A DNA stretch of 33,000 nt from Octopus bimaculoides (GCF_001194135.2 NC_068992.1:10547202-10580201); one strand, 5' to 3'. Counted from the first letter of the stretch, positions 1 through 10,965 are shown. The notes: generated by a model from the sequence alone, not told the origin. Translations and numbers: made by a program.

Positions 1-73
1 CACTGATTTTGGAAAGCTTCAACAGAATTATTCTTTTCTCCTTTCCTATACTATCTCTAATTTCTGTGGTATA

Positions 74-480
74 GGCACAGGAGTGGCTGTGTGGTAAGTA
101 GCTTGCTTACCAACCACATGGTTTCGGGTTCAGTCCCACTGCGTGGCACCTTGGGTAAGTGTCTTCTACTATAGCCTCAGGCTGACCAAAGCCTTGTGAG
201 TGGATTTGGTAGACGGAAACTGAAAGAAGCCTGTCGTATATATGTATATATATGTGTGTATATGTTTGTGTGTCTGTGTTTGTCCCCCCCCCCCCAACAT
301 CACTTGACAACCGATGGTGGTGTGTTTAGGTCCCCGTAACTTAGCGGATCGGCAAAAGAGACCGATAGAATAAGTACTAGGCACCCAAAGAATAAGTCCT
401 AGGGTCTATTTGCTAGACTAAAGGCGGTGCTCCAGCATGGCCGCAGTCAAATGACTGAAACATGTAAAAGAGTAAAAGAG
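74..480 (+). mobile_element. Full-length tRNA-headed SINE, family A (octopus-type, ~400 bp)
   Basis: Head GGCACAGGAGTGGCTGTGTGG with A-box-like TGGCTGTGTGG and B-box-like GGTTCAGTCC, central (TA/TG)n tract, and (GAGTAAAA)n tail. Highly similar second copy at 28904-29295. Confidence 0.9.
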
Positions 481-719
481 TATTAAACAGATGAGCCAGA
501 AATAGTATTTGCCATAGGTTTTAAGCTTATTACATGTAAGAGTTCTTCTGGAAGCAAATGAAGAATAAGCCAGTTGATTGTTTAAATTTACCGTTCTGTT
601 ATTGCTTTCAATGGCAAATTTTATGCCACTCAATAGTGTCTTCTTGGAGCAAACTGAACTACACCATTAAGATTATAAACAGAACACAATGTAACTGACA
701 AGAGGTGGAAAACGCCTAT

Positions 720-1310
720 AGTGGAGGAATGAGAATCAAGTTTCCAGTGAACCAAATTTCTAATTTTCCTTTACTTGACTCTAAAATCTGAAGCTTAGTG
801 TTATGTGCAAGTAGTTGAAAACAGGGTCTCATATGTAATACAATGTGTTGATAAAATTTTGATCGATGGAGATTCCATCCATCTATCCATTTTCTCCATG
901 TACTATTCCTAGGAGGGTCAAGAGTCCTCAAGACCCTTCCCCACTGAGTCCAGTCAGAAACAGCCATCATTATACTTCCTGTTTTGCCATCATACACCAC
1001 GATATGGACCAGGATATTTTGTTGATGGGAAACATGTCCAATATTCATGTTTCTGCTGGTCAACCTTGGCTGATCATAAAGATCATAAAGGAAACTGAGG
1101 TTTGCTGGTCTCAGCATATGCCATACTGATCTTGTTGCTTCAAGACATGTTCTCTGTGAGAGCCCATGTATAGTAATAGCATGTGTGCTGCATGTTTCAG
1201 AAACTGCATTTTGGCGCACTGGTTTGAAACATGTGGATGTATAGTGCTTAGAGAGCTTGAGTTTCCTCTTTGGTCAAGGCATGATTGCTTGATGTCCACA
1301 AGCAATTTTG
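720..1310 (+). mobile_element. Degenerate RTE-X-like LINE 3' fragment
   Basis: + frame near 1090-1165 reads RKLRFAGLSICHTDLVASRHVLCE, then EPMYSN after a frameshift. This matches the RTE-X C-terminal motif RRLRFAGHCxRHxxLVASxLVLWEP mostly by single-base changes. The upstream boundary is uncertain. Confidence 0.55.
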
Positions 1311-2213
1311 TTATTAGGATTATTATGTAAGATTCAATTTAGTGAAATTTCTTATAAATAAGTATATAACTTTTAGAACAATGATGAAAATGACAGCTAA
1401 ACATTGTATAAAAACAGAACAAAAGATGACAATTGATTTAAATGAAAGCTAACAAATGTCTGAAACAAAACATAAAACATAGTTAAAAATCAGAAATTAT
1501 TATGCACAAAAGGTCCCAGCAAGAAATTTTAAGGGAGAAAAATCGACCAAAAAAAATAAATAAATAAAATAAATTAATAAAAATAAAATAACAACACAAA
1601 AAGTGAATTAAAAAAAATGAAGGAAAAAATGTTGATGTATTGGTATATAAGTCTTAAATATCTGAGAATGTGGTATTAGGTTTGAATGTAATATTAGTTT
1701 GAGCAATAAAAATTGTTTATTTTGATCAAGTTGTCTTTGCTGCACAAACATAAATAAACAAACATTAAAAACACGCACTAAACAATGAAAACACCATCTT
1801 GTCTGACATGACGAGGCGGCGAATTGAAGAATAGCACCAACACATCGGGTTAATTCTTGTTTGTGCTGTGTTTAAAATTTTTTTTTATTTATCTCTTTTT
1901 TCTTTTTTTTTCTTTTTTTTTTTTGTTTGTTTGGCAGAAAACATTGAACAAAATGAATCACAGTAATTTATGACATATAATAAAGTATATGATAGTGAAA
2001 GCTTCTGAGTAGCTATTCAGATCAACAAGGGAGTCATTTTAGATTTCTTTCTCTTTTTTTTTTTTTTTATAAATCGTTTGAAACACATTTGTTGTTTGGG
2101 TAAACGAGCTGGTCTACTTAACTTTAACTGATCACTAGCACAGAAAGTTTAAATCTAACCACTACTGCTACTGCTACAATCACAAGCACCACCACCGCCA
2201 CCACCAACAACAT

Positions 2214-2214
2214 G

Positions 2215-2256
<42 letters not shown>
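2214..2256. repeat. (ACT)n microsatellite
   Basis: Direct reading of tandem ACT units. Confidence 0.95.
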
Positions 2257-2307
2257 GCTGATAAAGATCACACAAATTTGAAGAAATTGAAGTAGGTTTT
2301 TTTTCTG

Positions 2308-2428
2308 TTAGTCAGCCTCAACTGTATGAGAAGTCTGTAATTGTGTTGTACTTCCAGACAAGACACTCTGAGGCTTGTTGCAGTTTTTGAGTGTCTGGTA
2401 AGAAATAGGTTCCACTCTAACTTCAGAA
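2308..2428 (-). other. Candidate terminal coding exon (unverified)
   Basis: Pyrimidine-rich acceptor TTCTCTTCTTCCTGTCACTACCCACTCAG, then SEVRVEPISYQTLKNCNKPQSVLSGSTTQLQTSHTVEAD-stop, followed by U-rich UTR-like sequence. No recognised homologue. Confidence 0.22.
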
Positions 2429-2775
2429 CTGAGTGGGTAGTGACAGGAAGAAGAGAATGTGCCTCCTCTGTCCTCTTCCTCACCCACCCACCCCTCCGTC
2501 CTCTTCGTCATCATCATCGTTTTACTGTCCACTTTGTCATGCATGCATGAATCAGATAGAATTTGTGGAGGCAGATTTTTCTGTGGTTGGATACCATATA
2601 TGTTGCCAATCATCACCTCCCCAGCATCCCCCCCCCCCGGAAATGTTTTCCCCCTTGGCTAGAGAATGGTTTTATAGAAAATGGGAAATGAATAACAATG
2701 CTAATGTGTTGGTGGTTCTCTTTTACAACAGCTGTATGATGTTATGACAAGAGTATACATGTACACACACACACA

Positions 2776-2985
2776 CTTTTACTTGTTTTAGCCATTTGAC
2801 TGTGGCCATGCTGGAGCACCACCTTTAGTCGAGCACATCGACCCCAGGACTTATTCTTTGTAAGCCTAGTATTTATTCTATCGTTCTTTTTTTGCTGAAC
2901 TGCTAAGTTATGGGGACGTAAACACACCAGATATCGGTTGTCAAGACACACAAACACATACATATACATATAAATATATATTTTC
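2776..2985 (-). mobile_element. SINE family A, 3' half
   Basis: Reverse complement of the 3' half of 74-480 (CAGTCAAATGGCTAAAACAAGTAAAAG tail). Confidence 0.9.
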
Positions 2986-2990
2986 ATGAT

Positions 2991-3343
2991 CACATAACCC
3001 CTAACATTTGGCCATCTAATTCCCCAGATCTCAATCCATTAGACTATTAAACGTGGAGCATTGTTGAGAGAGGTCAATGAACACACCCATAACACCAAAA
3101 ATTCTTTGAAAGCTGCCATCGTCAGAGTAATGTCCAAAATGAACCAGGAACACTAGATTCGAGCATGTAGATGATTTAGATCTCATATAGAACCAATTGT
3201 TGAAGCTGAAGGTGGCCTTATTGAATAACATTATAGAAAAGGTTTATTTTTATCCTCAGAGCATTTTTTAATAAAGTTATTATCTATTATATATATTTTT
3301 TTATAAACATAAATCTGTCCTCAAATATCTTATGAACCCTGTA
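2991..3343 (+). mobile_element. DD37D (maT/Bmmar1-like) Tc1-mariner transposase C-terminal relic with right TIR
   Basis: Reads WPSNSPDLNPLDY*TWSIVER/VNEHTHNTKNSLKAAIVRVMSKMNQEH*IRACR*FRSHIEPIVEAEGGLIE* (one frameshift, several stops). Ends ...AACCCTG-TA, the reverse complement of the TACAGGGT end at 10821. Confidence 0.85.
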
Positions 3344-3344
3344 T

Positions 3345-3519
3345 ATATATATACATGAAGGGCTTCTTGCAGTTTCTATTTGCCAAATCCACTCACATAG
3401 TCCTGGTTGCTCTAGAGCTATAGCAGAAAACACTTGCTCTAATATCTTTGCTGTGAGACTGAACCCAAAATTACATGGGTTGGAAGCAAACTTCTTAACC
3501 ACTTAGCTATGTTGCACCT
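3345..3519 (-). mobile_element. SINE family A, 5' half (diverged)
   Basis: Reverse complement of the family A head, from the A/B-box region to GAAGCCC before the central microsatellite. Confidence 0.8.
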
Positions 3520-3789
3520 ATTAAAGCTATGATAAAATTATTTCTGCAATAGTAATAATGCACAAATTTAAATTTGCAAACATGTCCCACTAATGCTAGC
3601 GAGGAAAAATAGTCGTAAAACAAACAAAAGCAAAAACAAAATGAATTATCGTTATTGAAGACAATATAAATTGTCATTTTTAAAGAACATATTCTTATGT
3701 TTTCTTGGCAACTTTAATCCTAGCATTTAGATTTACAGCAATGTCAATAATATCAAAGCAAGCCAACATTTTTAAAATCAATAATTTAG

Positions 3790-3910
3790 AATTATTATTA
3801 TTATTATCATCACCATCATAATCATCATCATTATTATTATTATTATTATCATTGTCCCCCTCCTCCTCCTCCTCCTCCTCACCCCTCCCATCATCATAAT
3901 CATCATCATT
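3790..3910. repeat. Compound (ATT)/(ATC)/(CCT) trinucleotide repeat
   Basis: Direct reading; it generates the spurious poly-N/D/E ORFs. Confidence 0.9.
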
Positions 3911-4286
3911 TGAATTGACCAAATGTTTAATTCCATTATTATTTTCAGTTTTTTTTTATTATGTAGAATTTGTTGTTTCAATGAGATGTAAAATATTTCT
4001 AGAGAAAAATACATTTTTTTTTCTTTAATCTTTTCTCCTCCTATAACTTTGGAATCCACTGGTGCCATACCATCTCTCTCTGTCTCTCTCACTCTTACTA
4101 CTACTACTACTTTAATGTCAGATATTCTGTGCTCACATAAAATGGACAAGCTTGCAATAGATCTCAATTTCATAACATACTATTTATTTTAAGACCCAAT
4201 GTTCTACAGTTTGTCTACCCAAGATTTGTTTGGACTACAAAAGTAGTCAGCCTCCACAACCACAAACTCACATCAGTATCAGCAAA

Positions 4287-4439
4287 ATGATCATGTTCGC
4301 TGTCATCATCATAGTCATCATTATCATCGTCGTCTTCATCATCATCATTATCATCAACCTACCACCACCACCACCGCCAGCACCACCGCCAGCACCACCG
4401 CCACTGCCGCCGCTGCTGCCACCACCACCACCACCACTG
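4287..4439. repeat. Compound (ATC)n-(CCA/CCG)n trinucleotide repeat
   Basis: Direct reading; it generates the spurious poly-I/poly-P ORF 4230..4586. Confidence 0.9.
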
Positions 4440-4551
4440 CAAGTTTCATCAAATACCGTTCACAACTTTTTGAGTTATTTTGCACACAGACGGACAGATG
4501 AACAAACCAACGCCAATGAAAACATAACCTCCTTCCTTGTCAGAGGTAATT
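4440..4551. mobile_element. One terminal arm of a widespread non-autonomous element
   Basis: AAGTTTCATCAAA...GATGAACAAACCAACGCCAATGAAAACATAACCTCCTT...GAGGTAAT resembles a repeat terminus I recall from aquatic animal genomes. No partner arm found in the window. Confidence 0.4.
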
Positions 4552-4967
4552 ATGTTACAGTCCCCTGTCTATATTCCACTTCTTGATATGTCCAGTAATT
4601 TAGTCTTTCAAGGGTTTATGAAATAAGTACCGAATATATGTAAGGGCCAGTTTAATGAACTATACTGATCTCCTAAAAAATTGTAACTAAATTTCTTTTG
4701 TGAGAAATCAATATTTCCAGTCAATGTTTTGGGATCTTGTATATTTTTAGAAATGTAGTGGTAGCAGATCTTCCAATTAAACGAAAGAAACTACATTTCC
4801 TTCAAATTGTTTTCATTACTGATATTCTTTGTCAGTCTTAACTCTTGATAGAAATGTCACTGTTTTTTTTTTTTTTTTTCTGATGATATGAGATAGAATT
4901 TGAACATAGAACATTCAAAGCTGAAACAAATATCACAAGGTATCTTGTTTGATGCTATAACAATTCT

Positions 4968-5201
4968 TATTTCTTTATTGCCCACAAGGGGCTAAACATA
5001 GAGGGGACAAACAAGGACGGACAAAGAGACTAAGTCGATTACATCGACCCCAGTGCGTAACTGGTACTTAATTTATCGACCCCGAAAGGATGAAAGGTAA
5101 AGTCGACCTCAGTGGAACTTGAACTCAGAACATAAAGACGGACGAAATACTGCTAAGCGTTTCGCCCGGCGGGGTAACGTTTCTGCCAGCTCGCCGCCTT
5201 A
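4968..5201 (-). mobile_element. Young tRNA-headed SINE, family B, with 16-bp target-site duplication
   Basis: Minus strand begins AAGGCGGCGAGCTGGCAGAAACG and has B-box-like GAGTTCAAGTTCC and core GTCGACTTTACCTTTCATCCTTTCGGGGTCGATAAA. ATGCTATAACAATTCT is duplicated at 4952-4967 and 5202-5217. Confidence 0.92.
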
Positions 5202-5237
5202 ATGCTATAACAATTCTACCAAACCGTTGCTGCAGAT

Positions 5238-5500
5238 GGTACTTCCGTTAAAGAACCCAGAAGGATGGCAGGTAAAGTTGACCTCTGAAGGACTGAACTC
5301 AGAGTACAGAGAGGTGAAACTAATATGACAAATCAGTTTATCCAATGCTCTAATTTGTTACAAATAACTGTTTTTAATATAGGCACAAGGGCTCGAGTTC
5401 TGTGGAAGGGAAATACTTGATTACATTGATGCCAGTACTTCATTGGACCTTTATCTCATTGAAGCCAATATTAGTAAAGGCAAGATTTGAACTCTGCGGG
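5238..5500 (-). mobile_element. Two old SINE family B fragments
   Basis: Diverged GGATG..AGGTAAAGTTGACC..TGAACTCAG and ATAGGCACAAGG segments similar to 4968-5201. Confidence 0.65.
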
Positions 5501-5505
5501 CATAA

Positions 5506-5822
5506 ATCATCATCATCGTTTAATGTCCATCTTCCATGCTGGCATGGGTGGAATGGTTTGACAGGAACCGGTTAGGCAGAAGCCTGAACCAGACTTCTGT
5601 GACTGTTTTGGCAGTATTTTTACTGCTAGATGCCCTTCCTAACACCAACCACTCAGCCGAGTGGACTTAGTGCTTTTTATATGGCACAAGCACAGGTGAG
5701 GTCAGTTTTGGCAAGGTTTTTACAGCTGGATGCCCTCCAAATGCTCACCACTTTACAGTGTGGACTGGATGCTTTTTAAGTGGCACCTGCACTGACAGTG
5801 TCACCATGTAACTTGCAAGACA
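5506..5822 (-). mobile_element. SINE-like family C (RTE-type tail, (GAT)n end)
   Basis: CATCATCGTTTAATGTCCATCTTCCATGCTGGCATGGG...GATGCCCTTCCTAACACCAACCAC, shared with copies at 16457, 21830, 29532 and 31803. Confidence 0.85.
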
Positions 5823-6715
5823 GACTCTGCTAATTTGCCACCTGTTACAAGTAACAGGGTAGAGCCAGGAAAACAGAAACGTTACACAAGGATCAAGAAT
5901 GGGAAAAACTTTACTACTGTTAATTTCCTCTGTGGTTCAGCTGACATTACCTAGCAACAGTTAAATCCACACATAAACAAATAAATGGCTCTGTGTTCTT
6001 CATTACAATTTATATCAACTAACATTGGGTTTTAGAAGAGCTATTAAAGCATCTGTTGAGATAATGGCCATCGTCACATGACAGATTTGTTTATAAAGTA
6101 GTAACCAGTAGAAATTATTGATAAGCACTTTGTGGGAAAGACCAGGGTGATGGCAACATCTATTATTAATACCAACAGAAGATTTAGGGGAACACAAAAG
6201 CTTGTCTAAATGATTAATTCAACCAAGAAATGTTTTGAAATAATCTTTGTTATTGAAATAGAGGTTTTTGTCCATCCATTTTAGATCTAATTTAAGGTTT
6301 ATTATGACTTGCCATCATTCTTCAATGAACAAACAGATGAATAAACAGACACAGACACAGACACACACACACACACACACACACAAGCAAACAAACAAAC
6401 AAGCTCACACACACACTCACGTATATATGCATGTACACACATCTATGCAAACACTCATATACTTACACGAAAACTTCTTTCATAGATTCAATATTTTCCT
6501 CCATTATAATTAAGTCAACAAAAAACTTGCAATTAGTAGTAATTAAACAGTTAAAATATATTTCCATAGCAACTTTAGTGCTAGACTTTTAATCATGTGG
6601 TTATAAGTTCAAATCTCACAACAGCCATTATTATCCATTTTTAGGTTAGGTATTTATGAAAAAATCTTTATTCTCTTAGTTATTGTAGGATTAGGCACTT
6701 ATGAACAAATCTACG

Positions 6716-6756
6716 CTTCCCTAAGGAGATCTAATAAGGCTGAAACATGTTCAGAG
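6716..6756 (+). ncRNA. Degenerate minimal hammerhead-like motif
   Basis: CTAAGGA-GATCT-AATA-AGGCT-GAA-ACATGT-T. One core change (G5>A), stem II decayed by three transitions, no good stem I. Confidence 0.35.
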
Positions 6757-7179
6757 TTGTCATCTTACTTGCCAAATGTATTTCTTATGTCATATTGCAT
6801 GTTTCCATTCAATTTTTTTTATCATACAGTAAAATTTTTGCATAATTATTTTTCCTTATGTAACAATATACATACATATATATATGTGTGTGTGTGTGTA
6901 TGTGTGTTTTGAATATGCATAAAATATTGTGTATAATAACAACATTCTGTTATTATAAAACAAGAAAGCAACACATAAACAGGGCAAAATGAACCATCAT
7001 AATTTCCAATTAACACTATAAAATACATCTACCATGCACAACAAAGCAATCACACACAATCTGCTGGTCAAATTGTTGCCATAAGATTTTCAATTACTGA
7101 TAGTGTCTGTTGGCCACAGCTCATAATAGGATTGTGACCATTTGCGTTATTTTATTTTATTTCAGTTTAATTTTTAATC

Positions 7180-7412
7180 AACGTGGGATTTGAACTCAGA
7201 ATGCAAGGAACCAGAACAGATACTGCAAGACATTTTGTCTGATGCCTTCCTTAACAATTCTGCCAATACATTATTGTGAACTGGTACTTTATTAATTGCT
7301 CCTGAAAAAGATAAAATTTTAATTTTGGTTGGATTTGAACTCAGATTGCAGAGTGGCATAACACATACTATAAAGTATTCTAAGTGATGCTTTAACAACT
7401 CAGCCAATTGAT
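7180..7412 (-). mobile_element. Two tandem old SINE family B fragments
   Basis: GGATTTGAACTCAGA...ATACTGCAAG/ATACTATAAAG...AACAATTCTGCCAA pattern occurs twice. Confidence 0.7.
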
Positions 7413-7559
7413 CGCTTAGCAAGCACCAATGAAAATAATAACAGCCAGTTCAGGATTTATGAGGAATGCTATATCATAGGTTTAACAAAATCTAATCTGG
7501 AAACACAATACAACATAAAAATCAAAAGTAGTGTATTTTTAAACGATTAACTCTCTCCC

Positions 7560-7561
<2 letters not shown>

Positions 7562-7634
<73 letters not shown>
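7562..7634. repeat. (AC)n microsatellite
   Basis: Direct reading. Confidence 0.97.
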
Positions 7635-7637
<3 letters not shown>

Positions 7638-7837
7638 CACAATGCAAAGGCCTACCTCTTACTATAAGGATACACCAGAGCAAAGGACAATACCTGGAAA
7701 TTTTATACATGTACTACTCAATCATACTGTATTCTTTATGTATTTCCTTATAAAAAAAAAAAAAACTCTTTGGACATGAAGGAGATAAAAAAAGAAAAGA
7801 ATTATATATGACCAGAACTAAACTAAAATAAATTAGC

Positions 7838-8085
7838 AACATCAATCAACGAGGGAGCTGCTATCCACTAGTTGAAGCCACTAGAAATAGAAGACAAAGT
7901 TCTCTCTTATATCAAATATTATGTCTCACAAACTGAGAAGGGGTTATATTAGATAATGTGGTCTGGTTGGTATTCTCTGCACATAAGAGAAAGCTAGAAT
8001 GGTCATGGCTAGAAAGCCTCTGATGTTAGGTCTGAATGATCAGAGCTGACCTGGGGTTATATAACAATAATGACATCAACTGCAC
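7838..8085 (+). mobile_element. Interspersed repeat, family D (probable SINE/LINE tail)
   Basis: Ends GCTGACCTGGGGTTATATAACAATAA; a related reverse-strand segment lies at ~24155-24230. Confidence 0.4.
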
Positions 8086-8250
8086 ACATGAATAATGAAA
8101 CTGATGAAAGCATTACGAAAGATCTCTGCATATATAAAACAGCTGAAACATTGCAATGTAACAGAAAATAACACAACGGAAATTATCCTCCCAGCAAATA
8201 TATATATATATATAGTTGAAAAAAGATTAAAGATCTATATATATATGTGA

Positions 8251-8263
<13 letters not shown>

Positions 8264-8312
<49 letters not shown>
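8264..8312. repeat. (AT)n microsatellite
   Basis: Direct reading. Confidence 0.97.
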
Positions 8313-8322
<10 letters not shown>

Positions 8323-8479
8323 ATGCAAAGACACACATTTATGTGTAGAATGAGCCCTCTGACAATGCAAGCACAAAACAGAACTGACTATATGCAGAAA
8401 AGCAAAGTCATCAGAATAAAAAATGGAAAAAAAAAAGTAAATAAATAGATAAATAAACAACTACTGAAAAAAAATATGA

Positions 8480-9030
8480 ATTTGGTAAAAACTGAGACAA
8501 GGATGAAAATCACACTATATATCTGTAGAAGGAAAGCATATCAGAATGAAAGTATAGTCTTGACCTCATACATAGTGGAGAGAAAATGTATACAAAATTG
8601 AGGAAAAGATAAAAAGACTTATCCATGCTCGGTGAAACAGAAAGGAAAGAGTGTAATGATAGAAATAAATAAACAAATCTATAAATAGATATAAAAAATA
8701 GAAAAGATCAAGAAAAATGGGGGAAATGATTCTGGAAGTAAAAGAAAAAAAAAATGTATAAAAAGAAAAGCATCCCCCTTGCCTAAAATGATTTGAGAGA
8801 TAAAAAAAATACAATAAAAGACTGTTGCATAAAATGGTTTGAAAAATATACTTGAAGTAAATACTAAATCTTATACCATGACATCGATGAAGAAATAAAA
8901 GACATATAACATTGGAAGATACTGCAAGAACAACAGAAGATGCAGATACTCTAGGAGAAAAAACAAAAACAAAAGAAAAAATATGGAATGAAAATGTATA
9001 GCATAAGGAATCAAGCACATTGGATTAGAT
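8480..9030 (+). mobile_element. Possible highly decayed LINE ORF2 segment
   Basis: Strong + strand purine/A skew and patches such as TLGEKTKTKEKIWNE, reminiscent of the endonuclease-RT linker. No catalytic motif seen. Confidence 0.25.
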
Positions 9031-9267
9031 AAGTGACTAGAAAACTAAAATAACACAATGAGCAAATGTTCCCCTTAAGTTAGTTTCTTTCAGCCATTGT
9101 TGTTCTGTTTGTATGCAGAGACACATGTATACGTATGTATATAAGTATACATACATATATGTATCATATGATATATAGGTTACTTATATCATATATATAT
9201 CTATGTTACATGTACAACATATATATATGTTACATATTATGCACACACACCAAAAAGTGTGATACAT

Positions 9268-9805
9268 GGTTGCTCCTAAATGCAAAGACTTTTCCTGGTG
9301 AAAAATGTACCTCCCAGTATAGAGTAGTTATTAGCGACTTTAGATTTCTGGCTAGAAGAATTCCAAGAAGCAGACCTGTCTGGAAAAAAGGAATTTGGAA
9401 GCTTAAGGATTCTCTAAATGGTCAGAAATTTAGGGATGCCCTACTCGAGAAATTTAACAAGAAAAAGGAGGAACTAGAGACTTGGAACGAAGGGGGAACT
9501 TGGAGTTCCTGTGGGACAGCTTGCTGATTGTCATAGACCAAATCTGTGGGTGATGCAAAGTCTCAACCAGACCTAAAATGAAGTGGTAGTGAAATGATGT
9601 TGTAGACAAGGCTATTAGAGCAAAGAAACAGGCCTGGAAAGACTGGAAGAATGGTAGTAGCAGAGAACTATATCAGGTAGCTAAGACTGAGACTGGAATA
9701 CAGGTACACTTAGCCAGGGGTGAAGTAGAAAGGAGGAAGTTTGCCAATGTTCTATGACATGAGGACCAGAGGCTTGAAGTGTTTCAGATTCCAAGACAAG
9801 GCATT
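9268..9805 (+). mobile_element. RTE-clade LINE fragment (endonuclease C-terminus and linker)
   Basis: WLLLNAKTFPGEKCTSQYRVVISDFRFLARRIPRSRPVWKKGIWKLKD...FRDALLEKF. Shifted frames continue as RAIRAKKQAWKDWKNGSSRELY and RKFANVL*HEDQRLEVF. Same family as 25640-26600. Confidence 0.88.
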
Positions 9806-9867
9806 GTTTTTCATACTGAAATGATTCGGAGATTTTTAACAAAGGCAAAATATCAGAAATTTTGAAA

Positions 9868-10248
9868 GAAGTGTATAGTCGATTACACTGACCCAAGTGT
9901 TTAATTTGTTCAACACTGGAAAGACGAAAGGTAAAGTTGATTCTGAAGCAATTTCTAACTCAGATAATTAAATGATGAGATTCAATACTGAAAAATATTT
10001 CTTAAACATATTACAGACACCAATGCTTTAATATATCTTTTTTTATAGGCACAAGGCTTGAAATTTAGAGGAACTGGACTAGTCGATTATATTAACATCA
10101 GTGCTTGAGTGCTACTTATGTTATAGATGCTGAAAGGATGAAAGTCAAAGTCGACCTTAGCTGAATTTGAACTCAGAATGAAAAGATGGATGAAACTGCA
10201 CCAAGCCTTTTGGCTAGCATGTTAATGATACTGCCAGCTCACTACCAT
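9868..10248 (-). mobile_element. Two SINE family B copies (diverged)
   Basis: AGTCGATTA..AGGATGAAAGTCAAAGTCGACCTT..AATTTGAACTCAGAATG..ACTGCCAGCTCACTACC. Confidence 0.8.
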
Positions 10249-10820
10249 CCGGTGCTTTTATAATACTTATACTTTTCATTTATTTACTTATTTAGTTAGT
10301 TTTTGTTAAAAATAATCAACTCTTAATTAACAGAATATAATTATAAGATTTGTAGTTATGATCTAAATCTGTAGAAATCAATTCGGCAAAAATAAACACT
10401 TAGATATTTCTTCTTCTCATGGTATGCAAACAAACAGATCTAAAATTTGAAAAGTCAATGAAGATATAAGAACAATTGATATGATTTAATTATTTAAATG
10501 CATTAACACTCAACTTTATGTAAATTATTTACAAATATCTAAATGATAACTTTAACATGTTGGGTGAGTGAAATCGAATCAGAAATAGAAAATTATTCTG
10601 TATTTAAATGAATATCTATTCACTTGATTAATAATTTCATTTTTATTTTTATATTAGAATTAACAGAATTTAATTAGAATAAATTATTTGAGCGAAATGA
10701 AGTGATTTATTCAAGGATAGTAATGCAGTATCTTATTTATATATATATATATATATAAAATGTGTGAGAGTGTGTGTGTATATATGTACATACATACATG
10801 CATACACACAAGCATGCATA

Positions 10821-10965
10821 TACAGGGTGCTATGGGTAAATTGTTGCCATTTTATATTTCTAATTTTGTGCATTGTTTGTTTTCGATTTTGTCAACTACA
10901 CAGTATAGTAGGGTTAGTTGGGCACCATCAGGGAAAAAACAGCAGTGTGATAAAATTCCCTCTCA
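10821..10965 (+). mobile_element. Left end/TIR of a maT-like Tc1-mariner element
   Basis: TA-CAGGGTGCTATGGGTAAATTGTTGCC starts at a TA dinucleotide and complements the ...ACCCTG-TA end at 3343. Confidence 0.6.

Noticed and set aside
74-150. Possible tRNA genes at SINE heads (also 28904 and 5201)
   Set aside because: A/B-box-like motifs are present but run into SINE bodies with no acceptor stem or cloverleaf.
716-1219. 167-aa minus-strand ORF, the longest in the track
   Set aside because: No recognisable domain, GTG start, and it lies antisense to an RTE-X-like LINE relic on the + strand.
3695-4586. Poly-D/N/E/P/I ORFs (also 23853-24110, 26792-27471, 30299-30550)
   Set aside because: Translations of trinucleotide and dinucleotide microsatellites.
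4880-4935. CTGATGA...TTTGAA/TTCAAA...GCTGAAAC hammerhead-like arrangement
   Set aside because: The core is not adjacent to the stem, stem III is not complementary and there is no stem I.
6760-6840. Consensus minus-strand donor GTAAGA (similar isolated donors at ~14214 and ~11710)
   Set aside because: No compatible upstream acceptor or open frame; isolated donor-like hexamers are common.
8566-9018. 150-aa Phe/Leu/Ile-rich minus-strand ORF
   Set aside because: A by-product of A-rich + strand composition; no membrane-protein family signature.
3343-10821. Idea that the two maT-type TIRs bound a single element
   Set aside because: They are in the wrong order: the right end precedes the left end and they face outward, so they are separate relics.
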